Below are positions 55,805 through 64,000 of a stretch of DNA of 64,000 bases, piece by piece (the stretch's first letter is position 1; each line of letters opens with the position of its first letter). The position numbers and the translations under genes are program-made. Below the pieces are notes generated by a model. It saw only the letters and a program-made list of their open reading frames with translations. It had not been told where the DNA came from and made no database searches. The DNA comes from Chloroflexota bacterium. GTDB taxonomy: Bacteria > Chloroflexota > Anaerolineae > Anaerolineales > Villigracilaceae. The stretch spans positions 83,272 to 147,271 of the forward strand of contig JABRVZ010000003.1 in NCBI GenBank assembly GCA_039961775.1, given 5' to 3'.

Positions 55805-57966
55805 TCTGCCTGTTCCGTAAGTTGGATGCTGACTTCCGCATCGCCCAGCGACCTGCCGATTTCTTCGACGGTTGTTCGCAGGATGGCATCGAACTCGGAT
55901 GCAGAACTGATGGCGCTTGTCACTTGCGAGATTGCCTGTTCACGTTCGGCTTTCAAGCGGGCTTCCTCGAAGAGGCGGGCGCTTTCCAATGCGCTTGCAA
56001 GACGTTCCACTGCCAGCGTAATGGTTTTGATGGTGTTGGGATTGTAGTTTTCCCTGAGTTTCAGGGAGACGACGCCGATGGGCTGACCGCGCAGTTTGAT
56101 GGGAACCGCCACTTTTGCCGGCTGTGAGACGCCTTTTTCGCTTCCAGCCTGGACGATGGGGCTGCCGGCGCGAAGGGCTTCTTCTCCCGCTTCGGGCATT
56201 TCCTGGAGGGGTTGAATGCGCACGTTGTCGAAGCGGTAGCCGGCTTTTTCGAGCAAGCCTGTTTCAACGAGCGCCCTCCATTTTTCGCGGGTGGTTTCGC
56301 CGTAGGCGCGCTGGAGTTCTTTGAGGTTTTCTTCCACCTGCTCGAGCAGGCGCGCGCGTTCGATGGCGATGCCGATCTGGTCGGCGATGATTTGGAGAAT
56401 GGCGGTATCTTCTCCACGCTGGAATGCCTGTGGCTGGTTGCTTTGCAGATCGAGAACGCCGATGGTGCGGTTTGCTACTTTAAGGGGAAGCGCCAGCGCG
56501 GAACGGGTGTCGGGGAGAAGCGGAGGCTGATTGTCTGGAGCAGTGGGGAGGTCCGAGGTGGATGCGAGAGTAGGCTCGCCGGTGGATGCGGTTCGCGCAA
56601 TGAAATCGGCGCCGGTGATGGGTAGTTTGTAGCCTTCAGCGATCCTCTGTTTGCCTGTGGGCGAGGAAGCAGAAACGGGAACGGCAAATTCCCGTTTGTT
56701 GTCAAGCAGATAAATGCCGGCATGGCGCACCTGGAAGCGCGCCGAAAGGGATGTGGCTGTCAGTTGAAGGAGACTCTCCAGGTTGGATGTAGCGGCGATG
56801 TCGCGGGCAATTTGGGAAACGAGGTAGAGTTTGTTGGTCTGGTTTTGGAGTTCCTGCGTGCGCTGGGCGACCTGAATTTCGAGATTTTCGGCGTTGGCTT
56901 GTAATTGTTGGCTGGCGGCGCTTAATTTTTCGATTAGCCGGGTATTGTCTGCTATGATGAATATTTGCCGGGCGATGGTGAGGAAGACGGTCAGGGCGGT
57001 TGCAACGAAAAGCCCGTAGGCGGGGATGCCAGGTTCTTTCCCCGAGGTGGCGGCGTAGAGTGAGACGAGGACGCTGGCGATGAGGGCGGTAATGGAAAGG
57101 ACGGCGCTTTGCCAGACCGTGACAGGCTTTACGGCGGAGGGGATGTTGGTGCGGGTGTCGGTTTGGCGCAGGGCGGAAATGCCAATGAAGTAGTAACTGA
57201 CGCTCCACAGGGCGTCCACAGGGCTGCCTGATGTGTAGGTTTCCTGCAAGACTGCTCCGGCATAGATGATGTCGGCAAGGATGTAGGCAGACATTCCGAG
57301 TGCAAGGATGAAAAGAGCCTGGCGGGCGCCGGGGTGGTTTCTTTGCAGGATGAGGCTGATGATGCTGGCAAGCAGGAGCGCATCCATGCCGGGGTAGGCG
57401 CCTGCAACCCATTTTGCCAGCCAGGTTTCGCCGCCTGCCGCGGCGGTGGGGGCAATGATGAAATACCAGAGAATGCCGGTCACGCTGGTCATGGTGATGA
57501 CCAGGTCGAGGTTGTGCGTGCGTTTCAGGGCAGGGTCTTCTTCCAGGGTAGGGATGGAGACAATGCCGGCGAACGCCAGCGGGTAAAATACGAGATAGAA
57601 AATATCTGGAATGTCGGGAAAGCCAACGCCCTTTGTGAGGTCAATGGCTGTGTAAAGAATGTCGCCGATGACCAGGGAGAACAGACTTAGAGCAAGGAAT
57701 CGCCAGGCGCGGCGCGTGCGCAAGTCGAGGTCGGATTGACGCGCTGTGAGTGAGGCGCTGACGGCGGCGAAAAAGCCGAGCGGCAGGTAACCGAGCCCGG
57801 CGATCAGTTCCTCGTAGGCGGGGTCTGTCCATTTGAAAAGAATCCAGGAGGTAAAGACCAGCAGGTATAACCCTGCCGCTGCTGCCCAGGGGAATTTCCA
57901 TCCCTCGAGCCAGGCGGGAATGCGGCGGGTTGCGGCTGGTTGCGTTGTGTTGGTTTGCGTGTCCAT
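55801..57966 (-). CDS. Multi-TM (MASE-like) sensor + GAF receptor with split-GAF tail
   Basis: About 9 hydrophobic helices (RRAWRFLA, PDIPDIFYL, AYPGMD, YILADIIY), divergent GAF, tail. Confidence 0.83.
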   Translation of the reverse strand: MDTQTNTTQPAATRRIPAWLEGWKFPWAAAAGLYLLVFTSWILFKWTDPAYEELIAGLGYLPLGFFAAVSASLTARQSDLDLRTRRAWRFLALSLFSLVIGDILYTAIDLTKGVGFPDIPDIFYLVFYPLAFAGIVSIPTLEEDPALKRTHNLDLVITMTSVTGILWYFIIAPTAAAGGETWLAKWVAGAYPGMDALLLASIISLILQRNHPGARQALFILALGMSAYILADIIYAGAVLQETYTSGSPVDALWSVSYYFIGISALRQTDTRTNIPSAVKPVTVWQSAVLSITALIASVLVSLYAATSGKEPGIPAYGLFVATALTVFLTIARQIFIIADNTRLIEKLSAASQQLQANAENLEIQVAQRTQELQNQTNKLYLVSQIARDIAATSNLESLLQLTATSLSARFQVRHAGIYLLDNKREFAVPVSASSPTGKQRIAEGYKLPITGADFIARTASTGEPTLASTSDLPTAPDNQPPLLPDTRSALALPLKVANRTIGVLDLQSNQPQAFQRGEDTAILQIIADQIGIAIERARLLEQVEENLKELQRAYGETTREKWRALVETGLLEKAGYRFDNVRIQPLQEMPEAGEEALRAGSPIVQAGSEKGVSQPAKVAVPIKLRGQPIGVVSLKLRENYNPNTIKTITLAVERLASALESARLFEEARLKAEREQAISQVTSAISSASEFDAILRTTVEEIGRSLGDAEVSIQLTEQAE

Positions 57967-57970
57967 GCGG

Positions 57971-59623
57971 TTACCTTCTGGAGCGCCTCTTTTCGGGTGT
58001 TTGGGCGGCTATGTCACTGACGAAAACGGACGCTTCCAGCACATCTGGTATTTGACCCAATTCGCGGGCGGCGGTTTGGAGCAAGGCGTCAATGTCCATC
58101 ACCTGGCTGAAGCGCAGGGCAAGTTCGCTTACGGTTTGTTCCTGTTGGGAGCGCTGGGTGGCTTCTTCGATGAGGCGCATGTTGTCGAGTGCAAGTCCGG
58201 TCTGGTATGCCACCTCCTGAACCATTTCTTTGTCGAACTGGTTCCAGGGGGCGTTGTCTTTGCGGGCGATGGAGATGACGCCGATTTTCTGTCCGCGCAG
58301 GGTGATGGGGATTTTCAGGGCGTTGTCTTCGTTTTCCAAAGTTCCCCCTGCGCGGACGCCAAGCGGAGTGTAGGTGTAAGCCACGCCGCCCTGCCGCGCC
58401 CGCTGTTCCCATGCTTGGCGGGTGCGGGCGGCAGTGAGGGCTTCGATCTGCATGAGCGCTGTCTGGGCTTCTTCGAGCAGGCGCATTTTTTCGATGGCGA
58501 CTGCCGCCTGGCTGGCAAGGGTTTCGAGAACGTCGAGGTCGTCTGTGCTGAATGCCATGGGCTGGCTGGACTGAATGTCGAGGACGCCGATGACGCGGTC
58601 ATGAATCATCATGGGAACGGCGGCTTCGGAGCGGGTTTCGGGGAGGTGGGGGTTGTCGAAGAAAACCGGATCCGTTCCGGTGTCCAGGGCGATGCGGGGT
58701 TTCTTCAGGGCGGCAGCGTATCCGACGATTCCTTCCGTGCCGACTTTGAGAGAATGTCCCTTTTCGATCATTCGTTTGCCGCCTTCGGAGGATGCCGAGA
58801 CGAGGATGACTTCGTCGCCGTTTTCGTTCATGAGGAAGATGCCGGCGTGATAAAAGCCGAATTGCTCGGTGATCAGGTTGACGATGAATTTGAGGATGGA
58901 GTCGAGGTCTTGCAGTTCTGCGGTTTGACGGGCGATATAGGATGCGGCGCGGAGTTGCTCGGTTTTTTGCCGGAGGCCGGCGGTGCGCTCTTCGACGCGT
59001 TTTTCCAGTTCGGCGCGCTCGTGCGTGAGGGCGGCAACTGCTTTTTGAAACCGTGAGGCAACGTCTTTGAATTCGGTTTTTAGCAGGTAGATTGCCCAAA
59101 TGGCGGCAGCAGAAATGAAGAAATAGTCTGCCAGGTAAGAGAGCCACTCCGCCGCGCTGGTATCCGGCGAAACTGGCGCAATGAGTGTCAGGTATCCAAA
59201 GGAATTAAGTGCGCCGACGGCGGCGATGCTGAGGATGTTTATTCCAAACATCCAGCGGTCAGCGCCGCGGTCGAAGAGCAGGGCGGCGAAGATGTTTGCC
59301 GTCAGCAGGTAGGCGGTAGCGCCGGACCAGGGACCAATTTGCAGAAGGACAAAGAGCCCCATCAGGTAGAGGCTTGTAATCAGAACGGCGGCTTTTAGTC
59401 TGTAGGGCAGAGGCGTGAAGGCAAGGAGCAACAGCACCGCATAGACCAGCAGGAAGGAGAATATTTCATTGCGGTCGAGGAGGGGGATGTTGGCGGCGAG
59501 AAGGACCAGCCCCAGTCCGGCAATGACGCGCAGTATGGCAGCGAGAAATGTTGCCCGCCAGCGATCGTACTGGAAGGAAGTTTCATCCGGCTGATTGAAG
59601 GACGGAAGTTCAGGCGTGGTCAT
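57971..59623 (-). CDS. About 5-TM sensor + GAF receptor with split-GAF tail
   Basis: Hydrophobic head, LEKRVEERT, GAF with ALDTGTDPVFFDNPHLP, tail. GAGGA SD before ATG 59623. Confidence 0.85.
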   Translation of the reverse strand: MTTPELPSFNQPDETSFQYDRWRATFLAAILRVIAGLGLVLLAANIPLLDRNEIFSFLLVYAVLLLLAFTPLPYRLKAAVLITSLYLMGLFVLLQIGPWSGATAYLLTANIFAALLFDRGADRWMFGINILSIAAVGALNSFGYLTLIAPVSPDTSAAEWLSYLADYFFISAAAIWAIYLLKTEFKDVASRFQKAVAALTHERAELEKRVEERTAGLRQKTEQLRAASYIARQTAELQDLDSILKFIVNLITEQFGFYHAGIFLMNENGDEVILVSASSEGGKRMIEKGHSLKVGTEGIVGYAAALKKPRIALDTGTDPVFFDNPHLPETRSEAAVPMMIHDRVIGVLDIQSSQPMAFSTDDLDVLETLASQAAVAIEKMRLLEEAQTALMQIEALTAARTRQAWEQRARQGGVAYTYTPLGVRAGGTLENEDNALKIPITLRGQKIGVISIARKDNAPWNQFDKEMVQEVAYQTGLALDNMRLIEEATQRSQQEQTVSELALRFSQVMDIDALLQTAARELGQIPDVLEASVFVSDIAAQTPEKRRSRR

Positions 59624-61568
59624 GTTCCTCATCCAGTTTCAGTTCAATAGAGGCGCCGGAGGCATCGAGGCGTTTGCCCAGTTCTTTCACTACGGTTTGC
59701 AGAACGCCTTCCACCGAGCCGGATGCCCAAATTTTGGCGCTGATTTCTGCGAGGGCGCGTTCGCGCAGTGCAATTTGGCGGCTCTCAGAGACGAGACGGG
59801 CATTTTCCAGCGCAATGGCGGCTTGCGCGGCGACAGCGTCCACCAGGCTTCTTTGTTCGGGCGTCCATTCGGCGCGTCCCTCCAAAGTGATTTGCCCAAA
59901 GACCTGATTGCGGAGTTCGATGACGCTTTGCAGGATTTGGCTGGCAGATTCGTTCGGCTCGCCGATTTCGTATTCGAGCGCGTCGTTATAGGACCTGATG
60001 CTTTTCCAGCCTTCGAGGAGGTATTGCTTTTGGATAGCGCGCAGTTCTTGAATGCTTTGCTGCGCTTCCTGGAAGAGACGGGCATTTTCTAACGCGGCGG
60101 CAATCTGGCTGGCGACGGTTTGCAGGGTTTCGATGGTTTCTGCGTCGAAATCAGCGGTTCTGGTGGAATGGATGTTCAATGCGCCGAGCACACGGTCGCC
60201 GATCATGAGCGGCAGGGCAACTTCAGAACGGGTGTAAGGCAGGAGCGGGTTTTCGAGGCGCGGTTTTTCTTCCGCTGTATTTTGTACGATGCGCGCCGTT
60301 TTTTCGCGGATGCATCCCGCCACCATGCTTCTTCCTGAGATTTCCAGGCGGTGACGGTTTTGCTTGAGGACGTTGCCCGCCTGCCCGGTGGCTTCGCGCA
60401 GTTCCGCCCATTTTTCGCTGGGGTCGAGGAGGTAGATGGCAGTGTAATAGTAGCCGAAGCGGTCGGTAATCAGGCTGGCGACTTTGTTGAGCAGCTGGTC
60501 AATATCCAGGAGGGAGGAAGCCACTTTGCCCACCTCGATGGTTGCGGTGAGCTGTTTGGTGCGGTCTTTGACTTGTTGCTCCAGCGTGGATTGTAATGTT
60601 TCGAGGCGGGAAATCATGCGGTTGAATTGGATCGCCACTGCGGCGAGTTCGTCGGTGGCAGTGACAGGAACGCGCTGCCGCAGGTCACCCTGTTCGATTG
60701 TTTGGAGGACGTCGGTCAATTCCTTGATAGGGTCTGAAACGGAACGAGTAGCTATGTAGGAAAATGCGCCGCCCAGCACAAGCATAAGAGCGCTGAGCAG
60801 GAGCGACTGAATTTGCAGGTCGCGGAGGATTTGAAGTGGCTGCGTGTCGGTGTAGAGGGCGCGGAGGGTCTGACGGAATTCAACAGGGGCGATGACTGCC
60901 AGCCCGATGACGATGAGCCCGATGATGAGAACGCGGAATTTGAAGCCCAACAAAGTGCCGCTTTGTTCCTGCAATTGGGTCTCGTAGTCTCTGGGTAGCA
61001 GAATCAACCTGGCGGGGGTGGTGAGGCGTTCGACTATCAAAACAGTGAAGATGGTCCAGCCGATAATGGAGGCTAGCCCGCCAAGGAAGAAATAGATGAT
61101 AAATGAGGTGGATGTTGATGTTGGCTGGAGGAGGGAGACGAGCGCATCCTCCCGTATCAGTGCCATGATTTTCAGGATGGGCGGCGGTAGAAGGATGACA
61201 ATCAGGTGGACCACGAGGGCAATTGCGCCATAGAGAGATGCAAAGTTGGTTGCCTGTTTCCAGGCAAGGCGTTCCTGGGTTTCATCTGCGGGCAGTGCGT
61301 TTTGTTGACGCCATTGATTCAATCGTTCTCTAGCGTCGGGAGTCAATTCCCAGAGGATGGCGAAGATGACGCCTTCACTGATGAGTAATAGAACAGGCAG
61401 CAGCCATGTCAATAGTCCGCGCAATTCTTCGTCCGGCGCGGCAGTCAGGAAGATGACCGCCAGCCCCGGGATGGTCCCCGCCAAGCCGATGACCTGGCTG
61501 GTGAAGATGGCGAGGAGAAGATACCATCCGCCTGTCCGCTTCAGTACGAGTTCGTTAAACCGTTTCAT
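59610..61568 (-). CDS. Multi-TM + HAMP + GAF receptor with split-GAF tail
   Basis: Hydrophobic head, HAMP DELAAVA, GAF (NPLLPYTRSE), tail. ATGA overlap. Confidence 0.85.
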   Translation of the reverse strand: MKRFNELVLKRTGGWYLLLAIFTSQVIGLAGTIPGLAVIFLTAAPDEELRGLLTWLLPVLLLISEGVIFAILWELTPDARERLNQWRQQNALPADETQERLAWKQATNFASLYGAIALVVHLIVILLPPPILKIMALIREDALVSLLQPTSTSTSFIIYFFLGGLASIIGWTIFTVLIVERLTTPARLILLPRDYETQLQEQSGTLLGFKFRVLIIGLIVIGLAVIAPVEFRQTLRALYTDTQPLQILRDLQIQSLLLSALMLVLGGAFSYIATRSVSDPIKELTDVLQTIEQGDLRQRVPVTATDELAAVAIQFNRMISRLETLQSTLEQQVKDRTKQLTATIEVGKVASSLLDIDQLLNKVASLITDRFGYYYTAIYLLDPSEKWAELREATGQAGNVLKQNRHRLEISGRSMVAGCIREKTARIVQNTAEEKPRLENPLLPYTRSEVALPLMIGDRVLGALNIHSTRTADFDAETIETLQTVASQIAAALENARLFQEAQQSIQELRAIQKQYLLEGWKSIRSYNDALEYEIGEPNESASQILQSVIELRNQVFGQITLEGRAEWTPEQRSLVDAVAAQAAIALENARLVSESRQIALRERALAEISAKIWASGSVEGVLQTVVKELGKRLDASGASIELKLDEEHDHA

Positions 61569-63673
61569 TGCCTGTCCTGGGTTTCTTCATCGGCGATACC
61601 AAGCCTGGCGTGTATCCGGCTGGCACCGGTCACGCGGGTCAATTCGCTGACGGTGGTGGTAAGGATGGTCTGGATGTCGGTGGTGCGGCGGATTTTGTCG
61701 GTGATCTCAAAGAGCGTTCGTTCGCGCTCCGCCTGGGCGCGGATTTGTTCGAGAAGCCTGGCGTTGGCGATGACTGCCGCCAAACTACCGCCAAGCGTGC
61801 CAAGCAGTTCTTCGTCTGTTTCGGTATAGGCGTTGAGTTGTTCGCTTTCCACGTTGAGAACGCCGAGCAGTTCTCCGCGGTAGATCATGGGAACGGCAAG
61901 TTCGGAGCGGGTGTTGACGCTGCCCTCGACGTAGCGCGCATCTTCCTGGACGTTGTTGATGCGCAGGGTGCGGCGGTGAGCCGCCGCCCAGCCGGTAACC
62001 CCGCTGCCGATAGGGATTTTGACTTCATAAATGTCAGGCGCGTATCCGACTGCGGCTTTCACTTCGAGATATTTTTTCTCGCGGTCTGCCAGCAGAATGG
62101 TCACGCGGTCGCCGCCGAGGGTTACCTGCAGTCCGCTGACGGCGGATTCGAGCGCCTCCTCCAATGTGGTGCCGGAGGCGGCAGATGTGGTGATGTGGTG
62201 CAAAAGCCGGTGCTGCGCCAGGTGTTCCTGGGTTTCGGCGAAAAGTTCGGTGTTGACCACGGCGGTGCCGAGTTGGTCTGCGAGGATTTGCAGCGTGCGC
62301 AGGTTGTCTTCCGCGAAGGCGTAGGGAGTTTTGCTTTGAACATCCAGCACGCCGACCACGCGGTCGCCCACGCGCAAAGGAAGCGCCGCTTCGGCGCGCG
62401 TATCCGGGAGGAGGGGATTGGGGTAATACGTGGCGTCGCGGCTTGTGTCGTTGACGATCAACGCTTCGCCTTTGCCTGCCACAAAGCCGACGATGGATTT
62501 CGACCCGATTCCCAATTTGAAGCCGGAGCGTTTCAGTTGTGCGCCGGCGTCGCCGGTGGCTTCGCGGATGACCACATATTCTCCGCTGGCGTCTTTGAGG
62601 AAGACGCTGGCGTGGTAGAAGTTGAAGCGGGAGCGGATCAGGTTGACCGCTTTTTCCAGCAGTTCGTCCAGGTGCAGGGAGCTGCTGATGTCGCGGGCAA
62701 TTTCTGCCGCTGTCTCGAATTGAAGCGCGGTTCGTTTGCTTTCTTCCAGTACGCGAACGTTGTAAATCACGCCGGCAACCTGATTGGCAACTGAGATGAG
62801 GAAGTTCAGGTCGTTTTCGTTGAAACTGTGTTCGTTTTCCAGGTCTTGAACGATGAGCGCTCCGATTGCTTCACCCTGCGCCAGAAGCGGAACTCCCATC
62901 CATGAACGGGCTGGTTTTCCGGCGATCTTGGCGCCCATGGCGAGGGCGCGGTTCATGGTATCGTCCACCAGCATGAGGGGTTCGCGGGTGCGAATCAGGA
63001 TGGAGGTAAGCCCCTCGCCGAGCGGGAACGCTTCAATGGTGGAAATTTTTCCATCCTCGAATAGAAACGGAACGCTGATGGAGTCGGTCTTCTTTTCATA
63101 TAACGCAATGACGAAACCGTATTCGCCGAGGACGTTGCGAACGTGCTCATAGATGATCGAGTAGAAACTTTGCAGGTCGCTCACACTTGCGGCGCTGGCG
63201 GCGAGAGCGTTCAGCGCTCTCATTTCCGCAGCGCGGCGGTCACTGACCGGTTCGGTGGGTGAAATTTTGGTTGTGATGGAGTTTGCGGTCAGGCGAATGG
63301 TGCGGTTGAAGGCGGTGACGACTTCGTCGTCGAGGATTTGTCCTTCTCTGGCGCCAATTAAAACAACGCCGCGCAGTTGACCGTCTTGCAGGATGGGTAC
63401 ATACGCGGCTTTTTCGCATCCCAGTTGTTTGGGGTAGGCGAGCAGCGGCGGCGGAATGGTGGACTGCCCTTTCAGGTTCACGGTAACGGGTCCGTCTTTG
63501 AGATACCCTTCCATCACATCCCGCAAAAGTTCCACGCCGCGCGGAATGGTGGCTTGCACATCCTGGCTCTGCGGGTCTGAGAACTGGGTGAGTTGCAGAT
63601 GGTTGCCCGCTGCGGTAAAGAAGGCGGTGACAAAAAAGTTGCTGACGTTCTCGTTGGGGATTCGAGTAGCCAT
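61565..63673 (-). CDS. Soluble four-GAF protein ending in the N-half GAF stub, no catalytic domain
   Basis: Four GAF-like units, no TM helix. C-terminal AERERTLFEITDKIRRTTDIQTIL..VSELTR..GASRI. Confidence 0.85.
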   Translation of the reverse strand: MATRIPNENVSNFFVTAFFTAAGNHLQLTQFSDPQSQDVQATIPRGVELLRDVMEGYLKDGPVTVNLKGQSTIPPPLLAYPKQLGCEKAAYVPILQDGQLRGVVLIGAREGQILDDEVVTAFNRTIRLTANSITTKISPTEPVSDRRAAEMRALNALAASAASVSDLQSFYSIIYEHVRNVLGEYGFVIALYEKKTDSISVPFLFEDGKISTIEAFPLGEGLTSILIRTREPLMLVDDTMNRALAMGAKIAGKPARSWMGVPLLAQGEAIGALIVQDLENEHSFNENDLNFLISVANQVAGVIYNVRVLEESKRTALQFETAAEIARDISSSLHLDELLEKAVNLIRSRFNFYHASVFLKDASGEYVVIREATGDAGAQLKRSGFKLGIGSKSIVGFVAGKGEALIVNDTSRDATYYPNPLLPDTRAEAALPLRVGDRVVGVLDVQSKTPYAFAEDNLRTLQILADQLGTAVVNTELFAETQEHLAQHRLLHHITTSAASGTTLEEALESAVSGLQVTLGGDRVTILLADREKKYLEVKAAVGYAPDIYEVKIPIGSGVTGWAAAHRRTLRINNVQEDARYVEGSVNTRSELAVPMIYRGELLGVLNVESEQLNAYTETDEELLGTLGGSLAAVIANARLLEQIRAQAERERTLFEITDKIRRTTDIQTILTTTVSELTRVTGASRIHARLGIADEETQDRQ

Positions 63674-63688
63674 CTTAGCGAGGGAAGA

Positions 63689-64000
63689 TTAGTTGTATTC
63701 CCAAACGGGTTCGCCCGCCAAAATGCGGCGAATCTGGTCGGGGAAACGATCGGGATCGAGCGGTTTGCCAAGAAACCCGTCGAAGCCGGAAGCGCGGGCT
63801 TTTTCCATTTGATCCAGGCTGGCTTCGGCAGTGACCGCGATGATCGGGATGTTCTTCAGTCTTTCCGACGCCCTAATCTTTTTCAGCGCGCCGTACCCAT
63901 CCTCGTAGGGCAGGCGAATGTCCATCAGGATCAAATCGAGGCGTTGGAGCGTATCGGCATATTCCACCACTTCGTAGCCGGAAGTCTTCCATTCACAGTG
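63689..64000 (-). CDS. Single-domain CheY/DivK-like response regulator (5'-truncated by window edge)
   Basis: Frame is open to the window end; LILMDIRLP, IIAVTA, GFDGFLGKP. Confidence 0.9.
   Translation of the reverse strand, partial: HCEWKTSGYEVVEYADTLQRLDLILMDIRLPYEDGYGALKKIRASERLKNIPIIAVTAEASLDQMEKARASGFDGFLGKPLDPDRFPDQIRRILAGEPVWEYN

Noticed and set aside
40463-63673. GAF receptors as methyl-accepting chemotaxis proteins or truncated kinase pseudogenes
   Set aside because: There is no MCP hairpin signature and no H-box remnant. All 11 ORFs are intact and end at the same conserved position, which argues for selection rather than decay.
63673-63691. Response regulator and four-GAF gene are in the same frame, separated by one TAA and five codons (possible readthrough or split fusion)
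   Set aside because: A one-in-three chance coincidence. The regulator ends at a natural receiver C-terminus, and TAA is rarely read through. An ortholog alignment would settle it.
1-64000. tRNA, rRNA, CRISPR arrays, transposases, integrases, prophage genes
   Set aside because: None was recognised by eye in intergenic regions or in the ORF track. A tRNAscan/Infernal run would be needed to exclude small RNAs formally.

Overview
Bacterial chromosomal segment. Gene content and protein style (DUF5667 anti-sigma, GAF-rich signalling, TrmFO, multiheme cytochromes) point to Chloroflexota/Anaerolineae; this is an inference. 1-34 kb is mostly housekeeping and accessory genes: two tandem-repeat multiheme c-type cytochromes, an ECF sigma/anti-sigma pair, an MFS exporter, GGT, a VapBC module, a yybP-ykoY (Mn2+) riboswitch controlling a small membrane protein and a P2A ATPase, a thiolase/C45/M14 operon, a PabB-PabC fusion, scpA, moaCDE, fabF, rplS, murI, hflX, trmFO and several histidine kinases. 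The standout is a minus-strand operon of about 29 kb (34746 to beyond 64000). In transcription order it encodes a CheY-like regulator, 11 GAF proteins with varied sensor heads and no recognisable output domain, an orphan ParA, a hybrid kinase and a PLP enzyme fused to a receiver domain. Ten of the 11 GAF proteins end in what looks like a split or circularly permuted GAF (C-half, then N-half stub). The first carries only the stub, and the kinase N-terminus carries only the C-half. This suggests a receptor array assembled by fragment complementation, docked on one kinase and positioned by ParA, with no Che proteins visible in the window. No tRNA, rRNA, CRISPR array or transposase was seen.
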